From the NCBI RefSeq assembly GCF_023055435.1, contig NW_025963802.1, positions 32,550,001-32,614,000 on the forward strand: a stretch of 64,000 nt of DNA, read 5' to 3'. Position numbers and translations under genes: made by a program. Below the pieces are notes generated by a model. The model saw only the letters and a list, made by a program, of their open reading frames with translations, had not been told where the DNA came from and searched no databases. Within the stretch, counting starts at the first letter, position 1, and the number at the start of each line of letters is the position of its first letter. Positions 11,433 to 24,337 of the stretch are shown in pieces. The DNA comes from Haliotis rufescens (Eukaryota).

Positions 11433-13039
11433 TATTCATAAAAACATGGCCATGATACATGAAATATTAAATTTCCCCATCACTCATTAGATACCAATGA
11501 CATCATTGAAAGGCATTTTCATAAATCGGTTGATCCGAATATTTCATTAAGAAGAACAAACGAGTTCTAGAACAGATGAGGGGGTTCAGGGAAGCCAACA
11601 AATAATTATCGTTATATCTGTCCCCTGAATACGAACAGCATCACTATCGTCGCGATAGCCCTTTTAACGTGATGATTTCAAAATGCAAGAAATATAAAGT
11701 CAGTTCGAAATCCATCTTGGGTATGTTGGAACTGAGGTCTTTATCGAACATCGAACCTGAACTACTGTCACATGACTACTTATATTCTTTTACCTATAAC
11801 TGCCCAGTTTGTACGGTATAACATTAGGGAATTACAAGGTCCATATTAACGCAGTTTTAACTTTCAACATTAGCCACCAATATAACAAGAACCCATTCCA
11901 TAACTGTGCTTTACCAAGCAGACATCACTGACTAAGAAAAGAAACACACAAACCATTCATTCCCAACTCTCTTATCAAATAGTCGATATGAGTTTATGGC
12001 AAGATATCCAAATCATATTCACTCAGCAAATAACAGAATCATATTCGGCTCTTACTCGTTCTTGAAAGGTAATGATTTCCGCTTCAGCCCTACCACGCAG
12101 TAATCACAGGGAGAACCAAATATTTGCCTTGAACAATTATTGGCTGATAAATCTCGGATAGGGAATACCAAGTAGCAGGACCATGTGTCTTGGAGAACTA
12201 GAAGTCTTATCTTACAGTTTCAGAGAGCCTTATAAAATCTATAATCTCCTTGTAGACAGAGAAGTACCTTGATTTATGTTCCAATGCGACCTTCGTTAGT
12301 GTAACGCGTCTTAAATATTACCAGGGAACGACGGCTATCAATTTTCTAGTCCCTATGCTTTCTTGAGCACGGGGATAATCACCGCATGAAATAACGATGT
12401 CTACATTTAGAGATGTTTTAATCGATATTAGGTATATGTAGTGTACTTGGGTGTAATTATGCCATGCTGAGATAGACTTGAATAGAGTCTGTGGATATAA
12501 TGCATGTGACGTCAAGATATCCACGATTTATGTTTGTTGTTTAACGCCGCACTTAGCAATATTCTAGCTATCCAGTATTAAATATTGGCACTAGTCCTGT
12601 TGTCCTTGCAAAACTGCCCACTAGTTAGGGTATCATAAAGACTGGCAGAAATTTGCTATTTTGAAGGGTTTTGCTATAAGGACAAGTGGACTCCAAATAT
12701 TAGTGTTACCGCTGCCATCTGGAGGCAGTACGTATATTATCCAATTTGGACAAGACAAAACCAGTGATTGATATTATGAGCAACCATCCATACTACTCAC
12801 AAAGTCACCGACTACAGATCCCTTTTATCACCTTTTGCGGCCAGCATAGGTTTCTGGGGGATAAATTTTATTATCATTTAACTAAAACATTTATCCATCA
12901 CATAAGCTTATGACATAAAAACATGTATGTCATACCCCAATGACATAGGTATGCAAATTAGATAGACGGAAGTGGGACTTTTTTCGCCGGGGCACGTGAG
13001 TAGGTGTTTACAAACAACATGGATACCTTATGTTGATAT

Positions 13040-13308
13040 GGAGTGGTCCCAGTGTTTACAGCGATTCGCTGTGCAGAGTTGCGTCCCTTGGGCACGCCAG
13101 AAACCTATGATTCTGGGTTCGAATCCCGGTTCGCCCCGATTATGTTTCTAGGTTTGTCAGCACCATACCCGTGCTCGTGTGTTTCACCGAAGTGGTAAAA
13201 CGTCAGAGACCTGCATCACTTCAGGCTTTCCTCCCACATTAAGCTGACACGCCGTGATATAACTGGAATAATGTTAAAAGCGGCGTTAAACCCAACTCAC
13301 TCACTCAC
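13040..13308 (+). mobile_element. SINE family A (extended tRNA-Leu-like head, (ACTC)n tail)
   Basis: Homologous to 33863-34145. Confidence 0.9.
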
Positions 13309-13404
13309 GCAGTGTTTACAGGAGACTATATACTTGGTATCATGCTGTTCTGTGCGGGAAGTGAAACTTGTTGGATTGGTGAATCTGACCCTCTGGCTTC
13401 TGTA

Positions 13405-13610
13405 AGGACTGGTCGGCACGGAGTCAGTATACTGTGTCTGAGTGGGGTATTCATGTTAAACTGCGGCATGGTATCTCAGGGGGCTAGCACTATAAATCGG
13501 CATCAGTCCGGTCTAGTACAAGCAGCCACACACACACACGTGCAGGCACGTCGCTATATAAGTGCAATAATCTTGGACGCGACGTTAAACCCAATTTCAC
13601 CACACCTCAC
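13405..13610 (+). mobile_element. SINE family C, 5' truncated
   Basis: Body and tail match 13642-13976. Confidence 0.88.
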
Positions 13611-13641
13611 CGAGCCTGACCACCCGATCCCGTTTGTCGCC

Positions 13642-13976
13642 GACCGCCTCCGTGGTCTAGTGGTAGAGCGTCCGCCCGGTTTCGGGGGTTCGATCCCCGA
13701 CCGCGTCATACCAAAAGACGTTGAAAGATGGTACTTGTTGTTACCCTGTCTGGCGCTCGGCATTAAGGGACTAAAACACGGACTGGTCGGCTCGGAGTCA
13801 GTATACTGTGTCTGAGTGGGGTATTCATGTTAAACTGCGGCATGGTATCTCAGTGAGCTAGCACTATAAATCGGTATCGGACTAGTACAAGCACAAACAC
13901 ACACACGTACATGCACGTCGCTATATAAGTGCAATAATCTTGGACGATACGTTAAAACCCTTTTCACCTCACCTAA
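13642..13976 (+). mobile_element. SINE family C, full length, inserted into a family D copy
   Basis: 13-bp TSD CCCGTTTGTCGCC at 13629-13641 and 13977-13989. Confidence 0.92.
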
Positions 13977-14062
13977 CCCGTTTGTCGCCTCTCACAAGCA
14001 TTGTCGCCCCTTACGGCAAGCATGGGTTGCTGAAGACCTATTCTACCCCGGATCGTCACGGG
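13977..14062 (-). mobile_element. SINE family D 5' head (remainder at 13610-13641)
   Basis: Minus strand begins CCCGTGACGATCCGGGGTAGAATAGGTCTTCAGCAACCCATGC. Confidence 0.85.
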
Positions 14063-15164
14063 GCTCTGGCTACTAGGGCTTCCGTTCACCACACTGACAC
14101 ACAGGTCATTAAACATGCAGCTTTATTCAAATTGGTATCTAGTCACCTAGCAATGGATGCGTGCCCGAACCTTCTAGCGTATAATAAACATGCAGGTGCA
14201 GGTAGCTTATTGAATCAGGACTGATCTGTTGATCCTGGTTTGGTTGTCTGTTTGTTGGTTGTTTTACGCTGAAGGTATATTGGCACATTCCAGGAATATC
14301 ACGACGCACTGTAAATATTCAAATCTGGACTAGCCAAACCAGTGGTTGATAAGATGAGCATCGTTCTACGTCGTTTGGATACGGAAACGCGTAGTAACAA
14401 AGCTTGACCGCCCAAACCAATTTAGACTTTTTACATACTCGTAGGTTGCAGAGATTGTATCGCGGTCATGCGTTTTGATCACGGGGGTGGTACCGTGCGC
14501 CATAGGAATGGCCTGGCTCTGTCTAGTCCGTTAACTACATAATACCCCGACCCCAGGCAACAACGCGGCTCTGGTATGGATTCACTGTAAACCGCGTCAC
14601 GCCATATCCCGCCGCAAATAGTTCGTGTAACAAGACGGCAGATTTGAAGACAGGATATTTTTTGCTTAGCAGAAGTTATGTATCATGTTGATTTGAAGAC
14701 AATCACAAACTGAACCACGCCGAGATGTAATATTGAGTTCACGACCGCTTGTGTTATGTCATGTGATAGTCACGTGCACGAAACTAATGTCATGTGACGG
14801 TCACGTGCAAGAAACAAGTTCCAGTATGGATTCCTGCAGTGATGGCCGAGGTCTTGTTACAGTGAGTCGAGTCAAGTGGAGTGACATTACGAGAGGAAAT
14901 ATCTCCTTCATCACCAATTACATAGTTAAGTTATCACCTTTAAGTACAATAGATATCTGCATGTTTTTTGTTAACACAAAAACGGTATCTGGAGAGGGGT
15001 CTGTTGTTGGTTTTACATTGCAGAAATCTACTAAAAATGTTGTAATAGAGAGATAGATAGATATGAATGAATGTATTTTTTCGTACATAAAACATGCAAG
15101 AAAAATAGCATCTTATAAAAAAGCAAAGTTGTGTGGTTTTTGTTTTCTTTTGATTCATATTGAT

Positions 15165-15343
15165 TGTTCGTTCGTTGTTTAACACAATATTGTTTCAACA
15201 ATATCCCAGCTATATGACGCTGGTCATTGGGATACGATTACCTGCATCAACAAAGTCAGTGAGCCTGACCACCAGATTCCGTTAGTCGCCGCTTAGGACA
15301 AACATGGGTTGCCGAAGATCAATTTCTAACCTGGATCTTCACG
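15165..15343 (-). mobile_element. SINE family D copy with a single head module
   Basis: Homologous to 53751-53991. Confidence 0.8.
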
Positions 15344-17009
15344 TTACTTTGACAAATAGCAGCATGGAGATCATAGTTGAAAAAATCAGAAATGTATATT
15401 TTTCATAAAATATTCTGTTCCGGGTTCTGAATGATGCGATGACGAGACTCTCTGCAGAGAAGTACACAGAATGGACAGGCTCACAAGTCACCGAATGCCT
15501 TCATTGTTGTTAGAGTTAACTGCCCTTGATCTGTACTAAATCCGGAAAACGAACTGACGCATGTGCAGATTGACACCAGTAAAGAAACCCCAATCGATAA
15601 GTTGTTTGCTGTTGATTTATTGATAACGAAGTATCGAAAAGACCACGTTGCTCAAGAGTTAACGTGGTCTTTTCGTCTTTTCTGATTCCTAGTCAAATCT
15701 GTTTTAAAAACTAAGAAACAAGAGCCGATTATATAAATAGGGAGTCAGGATAAATGATGCTTATAAATTGTTTCTTGTTAACGCGAACATCACTGTGCTC
15801 GAGTTTTGTCGCTGAAGGCTTGCATGCAGTAAAATCATCACACGAGTGCTCTCCCTTGTACCGCATGCTTGGTTACTCAAATACCCCCCCCCCCCCCCCC
15901 CCCCCCCCCCGCCCCCCCCCACCGACGAGCCCGCAGTCAATCAGGCTGATACACGTTTTGCCACTGATACAACATCGAAGTTGCCGATGCTCAGATAGTC
16001 AGAAACCAACGTTAATGAGACGATTCGCTACGTCTTAAACAGTCCAATCAAATTACATATGCTTATCACCCGTTATACTTTTTGAAAAAATATCTAAACA
16101 TTTATATAAGCATACGTCACGGATAGCTCTCATTGAGAAAATATAATAAAATGAGAAAAACGTAACTACTTCCATTTGCGTATGTGTCTTTTGGTGATAT
16201 TGTTTGTACAGTTATAGATATCGAGCTCCTTCTTGCCGCCATCAAGTAGCTGGGATATTGCTAAGTGCGGCGTTAAACAACATACAAAGGCGTCGATATA
16301 GACACCATGGGGAGGGGGATCTATTTATTGTCTTTGGTGTAATTTATACAGAAATAAAGATTTTTTGGGTGTGTACAGTTGCGGTTGTTGTAGGATATAG
16401 AGATTCTATTTATCATCCAAAATCATTAAAAAAATACAGGTTTCAGTGCCAGAGACATTAGTGATGTTATTTGAGTGTTTGATGATGATGATGTCACAAT
16501 GGTCTGCATAGCATTATAATGTAATTCCATTTATTATATACTTCAGTGTGAGTTTTCTGAAATTGAGAACATTACAGTGAACATAACACTTGATATTTCA
16601 CTATAATGACAGATGGCCATTAATGGACATAATATCGCTTCTTGCTGTTTGTTATTTTCTTGAAAATGATGCGTTAGAAACTGTAAACTCATTTAACTCG
16701 CCAATCGAGACGTTTCGTAAAGCGCCATGTTTGTGACAAGATCAGCGCGTATTCCTTCGCTTCCAACACCGGTCTCTTTGATTTCAAGAATATGTTTTAA
16801 AGTCGAGTTTGTATATAATCCTAGCCAAATGTATCATAAAGTAATTAAGTGACCTCAAATATTTACTTTTTTTTTGCAAACTCGGAACTACTTTTTTAAG
16901 TCCCAATTACAAGGAATGATGAAACGTCACAGCGTGTTTTAAGGTATTACATTTGTAATGAAAAAGAAAATCCGGTAGACAACTACCCCTTTACGCATAT
17001 AAAATAAAT

Positions 17010-17159
17010 AGGATATTTGATGTGTCGAGTGAAATATCACGTTTCTCTCTTCGAATGATGGGAGAAAGGAGATATTTTCACGTGAAAATATCTCCTTTCC
17101 CCCGCCACTCGATAAGAGAAACATGATATTTCACTCGACACACCAAATATCCTCTATAT
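17010..17159. mobile_element. 144-bp near-perfect palindrome ending in CCTCTATATA (duplicated at 19309-19458)
   Basis: Arms AGGATATTTGATGTGTCGAGTGAAATATCA and TGATATTTCACTCGACACACCAAATATCCT, centred on CACGTG. Confidence 0.8.
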
Positions 17160-20100
17160 ACCGTACACACTGGGCAGCATAGATGGGAATATAACAACAG
17201 TCCAAAGGCTGTTGTTCAGTTTTGATGTTCGATAAAGAGCTTAGTACCAACACACCCAAGACGGATTTTAAACTGACTTTATATATGTTGTATTTGGAAT
17301 TCATTTCGTTTTAAGCACCATCACAACGAAAGTGATGCTGTTCGTTTTCGGGGGATTGATATGTCGATAAGAGCTATTATTTATTGACTTGAAGTGTAAG
17401 CTCTGAACTCCCACCAATCTGTTCTAGAACTCGCGTGTTCCCTTTGAGGAGGAATCCGATCGTATGGAAATGCATTTCGATGAGGTCATTGGTATCGAAT
17501 GAGTGCGGGCGTGAATCTGATATTTAATTAAGCATAACATTCTGTGTCTTTCTTAATAAGGTGTTACACACCAGCAGAACACTACACACGAAGTATTGAC
17601 GTGCAGTCTAACAACCTTGGTCCAACCCCATGATGTTACACACCAGTTACACGCTAAATACACGCGAAGTATTGACGTGCAGTACATGTACTAATTGTTT
17701 CGTCGCCTTGTGTAATAAGACTTGTAGGTTAACTGTTCACGTGTTTAAGCACTATCGTGTTACAACACACGTAGTACATGCCTGTTCTTGCAATGGAAAT
17801 CTTCTCTCTGAATATGAAAGCCGCACGTCTATCAGTGTCAAACAGAAAGGGTTTCCTTGAAATGGCTTGATTTGTTTATCTTCAAGAAGATAGCGCTTGA
17901 TCTAAGTCAAGTGACCTTTCATGTATCCCGTGGAAGCCAGTTTTTATTTATCTATGATAAATCTTTATAATTATTGAAGTCAATATGAAACTCATGGTGA
18001 AATACTTTCGTGAGTATTGACGACATTGTACACATCCAAATGTGTCATCAGATCTTCTGACAGTGGTATCGTAGAGGAATAAAAGATTCCCCACACGAAA
18101 CTGAACCACCTATCTACCTGGTCTAATTTAATTGCAAAGAACTTGATATTTGGATATATAAAGGAAAGTGTAAAAATCTGGACTAGCCAAACCAGTGGTT
18201 GATAAGATGAGCATCGTTCTACGTCGTTTGGATACGGAAACGCGTAGTAACAAAGCTTGACCGCCCGAACCAATTTAGATTTTTTAAATACTCGTAGGTT
18301 GCAGAGATTGTATCGCGGTCATGCGTTCTGATCACGGGGGTGGTACCTTGCGCCATAGGAATGGCCTGGCTCTGTCTAGTCCGTTAACTACATAATACCC
18401 CGACCCCAGGCAGCAACGGGGTTCTGGTATGGATTCACTGTAAACCGCGTCACGCCATATCCCGCCGCAAATAGTTCGTGTAAAAAGACGGCAGATTTGA
18501 AGACAGGATATTTTTTGCTTAGCAGAAGTTATGTATCATGTTGATTTGAAGACAATCACAATCGTGCGGCGTTAAACAACATACAAAGGCGTCGATATAG
18601 ACACCATGGGGAGGGGGATCTATTTATTGTCTTTGGTGTAATTTATACAGAAATAAAGATTTTTTGGGTGTGTACAGTTGCGGTTGTTGTAGGATATAGA
18701 GATTCTATTTATCATCCAAAATCATTAAAAAAATACAGGTTTCAGTGCCAGAGACATTAGTGATGTTATTTGAGTGTTTGATGATGATGATGTCACAATG
18801 GTCTGCATAGCATTATAATGTAATTCCATTTATTATATACTTCAGTGTGAGTTTTCTGAAATTGAGAACATTACAGTGAACATAACACTTGATATTTCAC
18901 TATAATGACAGATGGCCATTAATGGACATAATATCGCTTCTTGCTGTTTGTTATTTTCTTGAAAATGATGCGTTAGAAACTGTAAACTCATTTAACTCGC
19001 CAATCGAGACGTTTCGTAAAGCGCCATGTTTGTGACAAGATCAGCGCGTATTCCTTCGCTTCCAACACCGGTCTCTTTGATTTCAAGAATATGTTTTAAA
19101 GTCGAGTTTGTATATAATCCTAGCCAAATGTATCATAAAGTAATTAAGTGACCTCAAATATTTACTTTTTTTTTGCAAACTCGGAACTACTTTTTTAAGT
19201 CCCAATTACAAGGAATGATGAAACGTCACAGCGTGTTTTAAGGTATTACATTTGTAATGAAAAAGAAAATCCGGTAGACAACTACCCCTTTACGCATATA
19301 AAATAAATAGGATATTTGATGTGTCGAGTGAAATATCACGTTTCTCTCTTCGAATGATGGGAGAAAGGAGATATTTTCACGTGAAAATATCTCCTTTCCC
19401 CCGCCACTCGATAAGAGAAACATGATATTTCACTCGACACACCAAATATCCTCTATATACCGTACACACTGGGCAGCATAGATGGGAATATAACAACAGT
19501 CCAAAGGCTGTTGTTCAGTTTTGATGTTCGATAAAGAGCTTAGTACCAACACACCCAAGACGGATTTTAAACTGACTTTATATATGTTGTATTTGGAATT
19601 CATTTCGTTTTAAGCACCATCACAACGAAAGTGATGCTGTTCGTTTTCGGGGGATTGATATGTCGAAAGAGCTATTATTTATTGACTTGAAGTGTAAGCT
19701 CTGAACTCCCACCAATCTGTTCTAGAACTCGCGTGTTCCCTTTGAGGAGGAATCCGATCGTATGGAAATGCATTTCGATGAGGTCATTGGTATCGAATGA
19801 GTGCGGGCGTGAATCTGATATTTAATTAAGCATAACATTCTGTGTCTTTCTTAATAAGGTGTTACACACCAGCAGAACACTACACACGAAGTATTGACGT
19901 GCAGTCTAACAACCTTGGTCCAACCCCATGATGTTACACACCAGTTACACGCTAAATACACGCGAAGTATTGACGTGCAGTACATGTACTAATTGTTTCG
20001 TCGCCTTGTGTAATAAGACTTGTAGGTTAACTGTTCACGTGTTTAAGCACTATCGTGTTACAACACACGTAGTACATGCCTGTTCTTGCAATGGAAATCT

Positions 20101-20616
20101 TCTCTCTGAATATGAAAGCCGCACGTCTATCAGTGTCAAACAGAAAGGGTTTCCTTGAAATGGCTTGATTTGTTTATCTTCAAGAAGATAGCGCTTGATC
20201 TAAGTCAAGTGACCTTTCATGTATCCCGTGGAAGCCAGTTTTTATTTATCTATGATAAATCTTTATAATTATTGAAGTCAATATGAAACTCATGGTGAAA
20301 TACTTTCGTGAGTATTGACGACATTGTACACATCCAAATGTGTCATCAGATCTTCTGACAGTGGTATCGTAGAGGAATAAAAGATTCCCCACACGAAACT
20401 GAACCACCTATCTACCTGGTCTAATTTAATTGCAAAGAACTTGATATTTGGATATATAAAGGAAAGTGTAAAAATTCCACAATGTCACAAGTAGGAGTAT
20501 GCTAATTAGAAATATACTCCCCCGCATTCCAACGTTGGATACAGATAATCAGTGGCGGTATTCTTATAAAGACCATTCACATTTAAATCAGCCGGATAAC
20601 TAAGCGCGGCTGTGGC

Positions 20617-20924
20617 GAGGTGAGGTGAAATGGAGTTTATTGCATTTACATAGCGACGTGCATGCGTGTGTGTGGCTGCTTGTACTTGTCCGGACTAATG
20701 CTGGTGTTTTACTGCCAGCCCCCTGAGATACCACCGCTGTTTAACATGAATCCCCCACTCAGACACAGAATGTTGGCTCCGAGCCGACCAGTCCAGCGCC
20801 AGACAGGGAAACAACAAGTACCATCTTTTAATGTCTTTCGGTATGACGTGGCCGGGGATCGAACCCCGGACCTTCTGCTCCCCTGACAGACGCCCTTTCC
20901 ACAGTGACTAAACCACAGAGGCTG
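20617..20924 (-). mobile_element. SINE family C copy
   Basis: Reverse complement of 13642-13976. Confidence 0.85.
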
Positions 20925-21315
20925 ACCGGGGCAATGTATCATTTGCCTGTAATCTTATAAACAGGGCTCCAAATACAGTAAAGCCATTTAGTATTTACTC
21001 ACATGTTATCATCCTCACTCCTTATTGTTGCGTAGATCGATGCTCATGAAGTCAATCACTCGATTCTCTGGTCCAGAATCGCCGTCAACAGCTGGCATAT
21101 TGCTGAGTGCGGCATTAAACAACAAACAACAAATCATTGGGTATTGATTGTTTTCTTTGGGTATTCAATATATTGTTACTCCTTGGGTCCAGTCTACTGG
21201 GTATTTTAAAAACCAACGAATATACACTTTTCGACAAATAATGAAACATGTCACCATGGTTTCAGGTGACTTCTGTGACTGTCCATGCTCACAACGTCAT
21301 GTCTGTCTGGCCAAG

Positions 21316-21594
21316 TGAGTGAGTGAGTTGGGTTTAACGCCGCTTTTAACAGTATTCCAGTTATATCACGGCGTGTCAGCTTAATGTGGGAGAAAAGCCC
21401 GAAGTGATGCAGGTCTCAGACGTTTACCACTTCGGTGAAACCCACGAGCACGGGTATGGTGCTGACAAACCTAGAAACATAATCGGGGCGAACCGGGATT
21501 CGAACCCAGAATCATAGGTTTCTGTCGTGTCCCAGGGACGCAACTCTACAGAGCGAATCGCAGCGCCTTAGACGACTGGGCCACCCGTGCCCCC
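21316..21594 (-). mobile_element. SINE family A, full length
   Basis: 12-bp TSD TGTCTGG(C/T)CAAG. Confidence 0.92.
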
Positions 21595-21694
21595 TGTCTG
21601 GTCAAGACTCGCCTAGTTACTGGCCGCCGTGACCTAAATGGAATATTGGCAACTGCGTCAAGAAACAATATTCACTCATATATGTTTCCCTTAC

Positions 21695-21943
21695 CAATTT
21701 ATGGCGTTGTCTTTCTTGAAGCAAATCCTGCTTGGTGTCCGGTTTCCTAACAATGAAGGCAGTATTGCATCCGGGGATTTCATGCACGAAACGAAAATAT
21801 GGTTCCGAATCGTTTTGTTTACAATTCTTAATATAATCTGAACCTCTGTTGTCTGTCGTTAACAATCTGTGCAGTGAATGTGCACAGATCATTGCGGTGA
21901 GTGTGGAGCCCAGAGAACGGTCAATAGAAAGGGTTGCACATCT
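21695..21943 (-). CDS. Possible orphan exon (249 nt, phase 0/0), product unknown
   Basis: TTCAG acceptor, open frame RCATLSIDR...RQRHKL, GTAAGG donor; no homology recognised. Confidence 0.2.
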
Positions 21944-22084
21944 CTGAAGTCATTAAAGGGGCAAATGGTCATTCTTGTATATGCACAGTCACGCACAATG
22001 CCGCGAAACAACCATAGAGTGGTTATGAACACGTAGTGGAGCTGTTAGACCTGATGTGGGGGTAAATGGTTTGTTTGTGAAAAA

Positions 22085-22243
22085 AGTGAGTGGGTGATTA
22101 TAGCGTCACGCCGCTTTTGACAATATCCAAGCAAAATCACTGCGAGGGACACAGGAAATTGTCTTCACACATTGTACCAATGTGGGGATTCGAAACTGGT
22201 TCTTCGGCGAACGCCTTACCCACTAGACTACCCCATCGTCCCC
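22085..22243 (-). mobile_element. SINE family B copy
   Basis: Reverse complement of 28768-28925. Confidence 0.75.
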
Positions 22244-24053
22244 TTGTGACTGACTTTACATGACACACCACGCAGCCCTTAAACCACTGTCACACCTCAA
22301 GACAAAGATATATCAATATTTATGTTGGGCGCATAACTAATTGCGCATTCAGATAGTGGAGCTAGTTCAAGAGAAAGCTTGTCACCGGGATCTCGGAACC
22401 GGAAGTAAGGCAGAACGAGACTTAAGGGCCCCGTTAAGAAAAATCGCGACTTATGGATCTGTATTATACGTGCAGCAGGTATGGAACGGTTGCTCGTGGG
22501 CCAGTCTACGCGTGACGCTCTAGTGCAGTCCCCTTTTCAGTGGAAATAGACTCTTCCGTTGCACGCATGAACGCAGTAATATATTTATCGGGATATAGAT
22601 GTCTGACCTACCAATGAAACTAATTTGCTCGAAATTTAAATACGAAAGACCAAATAGCTGAAATATACAATATCACCTGCGTCCGCTTTCACAAGACCAA
22701 GCACTCGGAAAATGTCGAAAATGATGTATGTCGTCGAAGAGTGAAGGGATTTTGTCTTTTGGTATATTTTAGTAACCAGAATATTTATCTTCCTTAGCTT
22801 TACAAGCACGTGTTGACAGAAAAACGGTACACTTATTTATATTTGAAGAAATCGCCTGTAAGGATGGTCAAACAATTCCTTATTTGTCTTGACCCGACTC
22901 GGCACTAATTTTTATTGTTATTTTTTAGCCTACTTTTCCAACTCAAATTTTGTCTTTGTACCCCATTCCGTCTTGTTTCACATGCGATGCTATTTTCATA
23001 GTGCGTCAGTTTCGCAAGAGATTCTTTTATAAATGTCACGAGAAACAAGAATAACTGGCCTAATGACATTCTTCAGAGTTCTGCTGTATTATTCGGGTTG
23101 TAACCGTAGGGGAGACATTATCTAATGATCTCGCGTTCCTTTCGGCGTCCACGGAGTCCGATCTAGGGCATCGACATATCTGATTAAACCACAGCCAGGC
23201 TTACAACCCCCCAGGGTAGACTAAAGAAATGTAAATAATATTGACGGATTTCCTCAGTATGAGAATTCGAAAAATGAAAAGTATATTGAAAAAGATTTAT
23301 AACTTGACTAGTCACCAAATTATTCAAGCATTGGGACATTCATGCAATGGGATATAGCCCCATGTGGCTATCATTGATATCATCTATCTCACGTCCTGGT
23401 GAGTTGGGGGTTGTGGTTTTTAACTTTCACGTGATTCATTAATCAAAGTGATGTAAAGGTTTAAATGGTTTGGAAGTCTGACCTTCATTCGGTATTAAGG
23501 GAAGCCATCGAGCTATATCAAATGGCTGGAAGGCCTTCAGTATCACGTGACCTAAATATGGAATTATCTTTGAACACAAAGCAGTTGACAATCGAAATGT
23601 TCACTGCCCTACTGACGATTGACACAAAATTTATGGGAAGAACTATTTTGAGAAACAAGAACCGTTTTGTTATCTGGCGCACTATTAATCCGCCATGCTG
23701 AGTATGTCTCTATTTAGAGGCACGTGAGTGTGTACACGTTAAATGCACTTAGATACATATGCTGACAAATGAAAAATAAAATAACATGAAAAGCCCAATA
23801 CTATCTCGTTGAAAGTGGAACGAATTTTAAGATACAGACGATGACAAATTGGAATATTATTAAGGTCCCATATTTCCTCGTTAAAAGTGCAACTAATTAC
23901 AAGACACATACGATGATAAATTAGATACATCATTAAATGCACGGCATTTTTTCGTTTAAAGTGCAACTGACAAAGAAAGTTATATTTCCCAATATAAGCA
24001 TCCGGGCCAAAACACGCGTCACGTTTCATTCTTATTAACGTGTACATACACAG

Positions 24054-24337
24054 GGCTTCACATGGAAAGCAAGGCCACGGTGAGGGTGATGTCTTCTGAA
24101 AGGTACACGTGCAAGCTCACGAGGTTTGGGAAGCGGCACATGTGCTGTGAGGCTGTCTACTCTACTGAAGACAGATTTGTTTACGGTGCCGTAATGGATG
24201 ACCAGCCCAAAAGGGACAAATCCAAATCAATAGCTAAACATAAAATGTCGCCACCAGCCAGAGATTATCCGACGAAACAGATTCCATTGGTTGTAAAAGG
24301 CAAAATAGTGGTGAAAAGTATATGGACGGAAAGCTGA
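24054..24337 (+). CDS. Candidate terminal exon of a small unknown protein (or captured fragment); paralog at 35688-35902 (-)
   Basis: TTAAC...CAG acceptor; frame open in both copies; possible upstream mini-exon GCCATGCTGA|GTATGT at 23695-23701 in matching phase. Confidence 0.35.

Larger units (their letters stand above)
14321..20475. repeat. Local duplication A-B-C-A'-C' (A 14321-14708, C 16265-18177, A' 18174-18561, C' 18564-20475)
   Basis: Direct sequence identity; duplicated ORFs offset by 2298-2299 bp. Confidence 0.95.
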
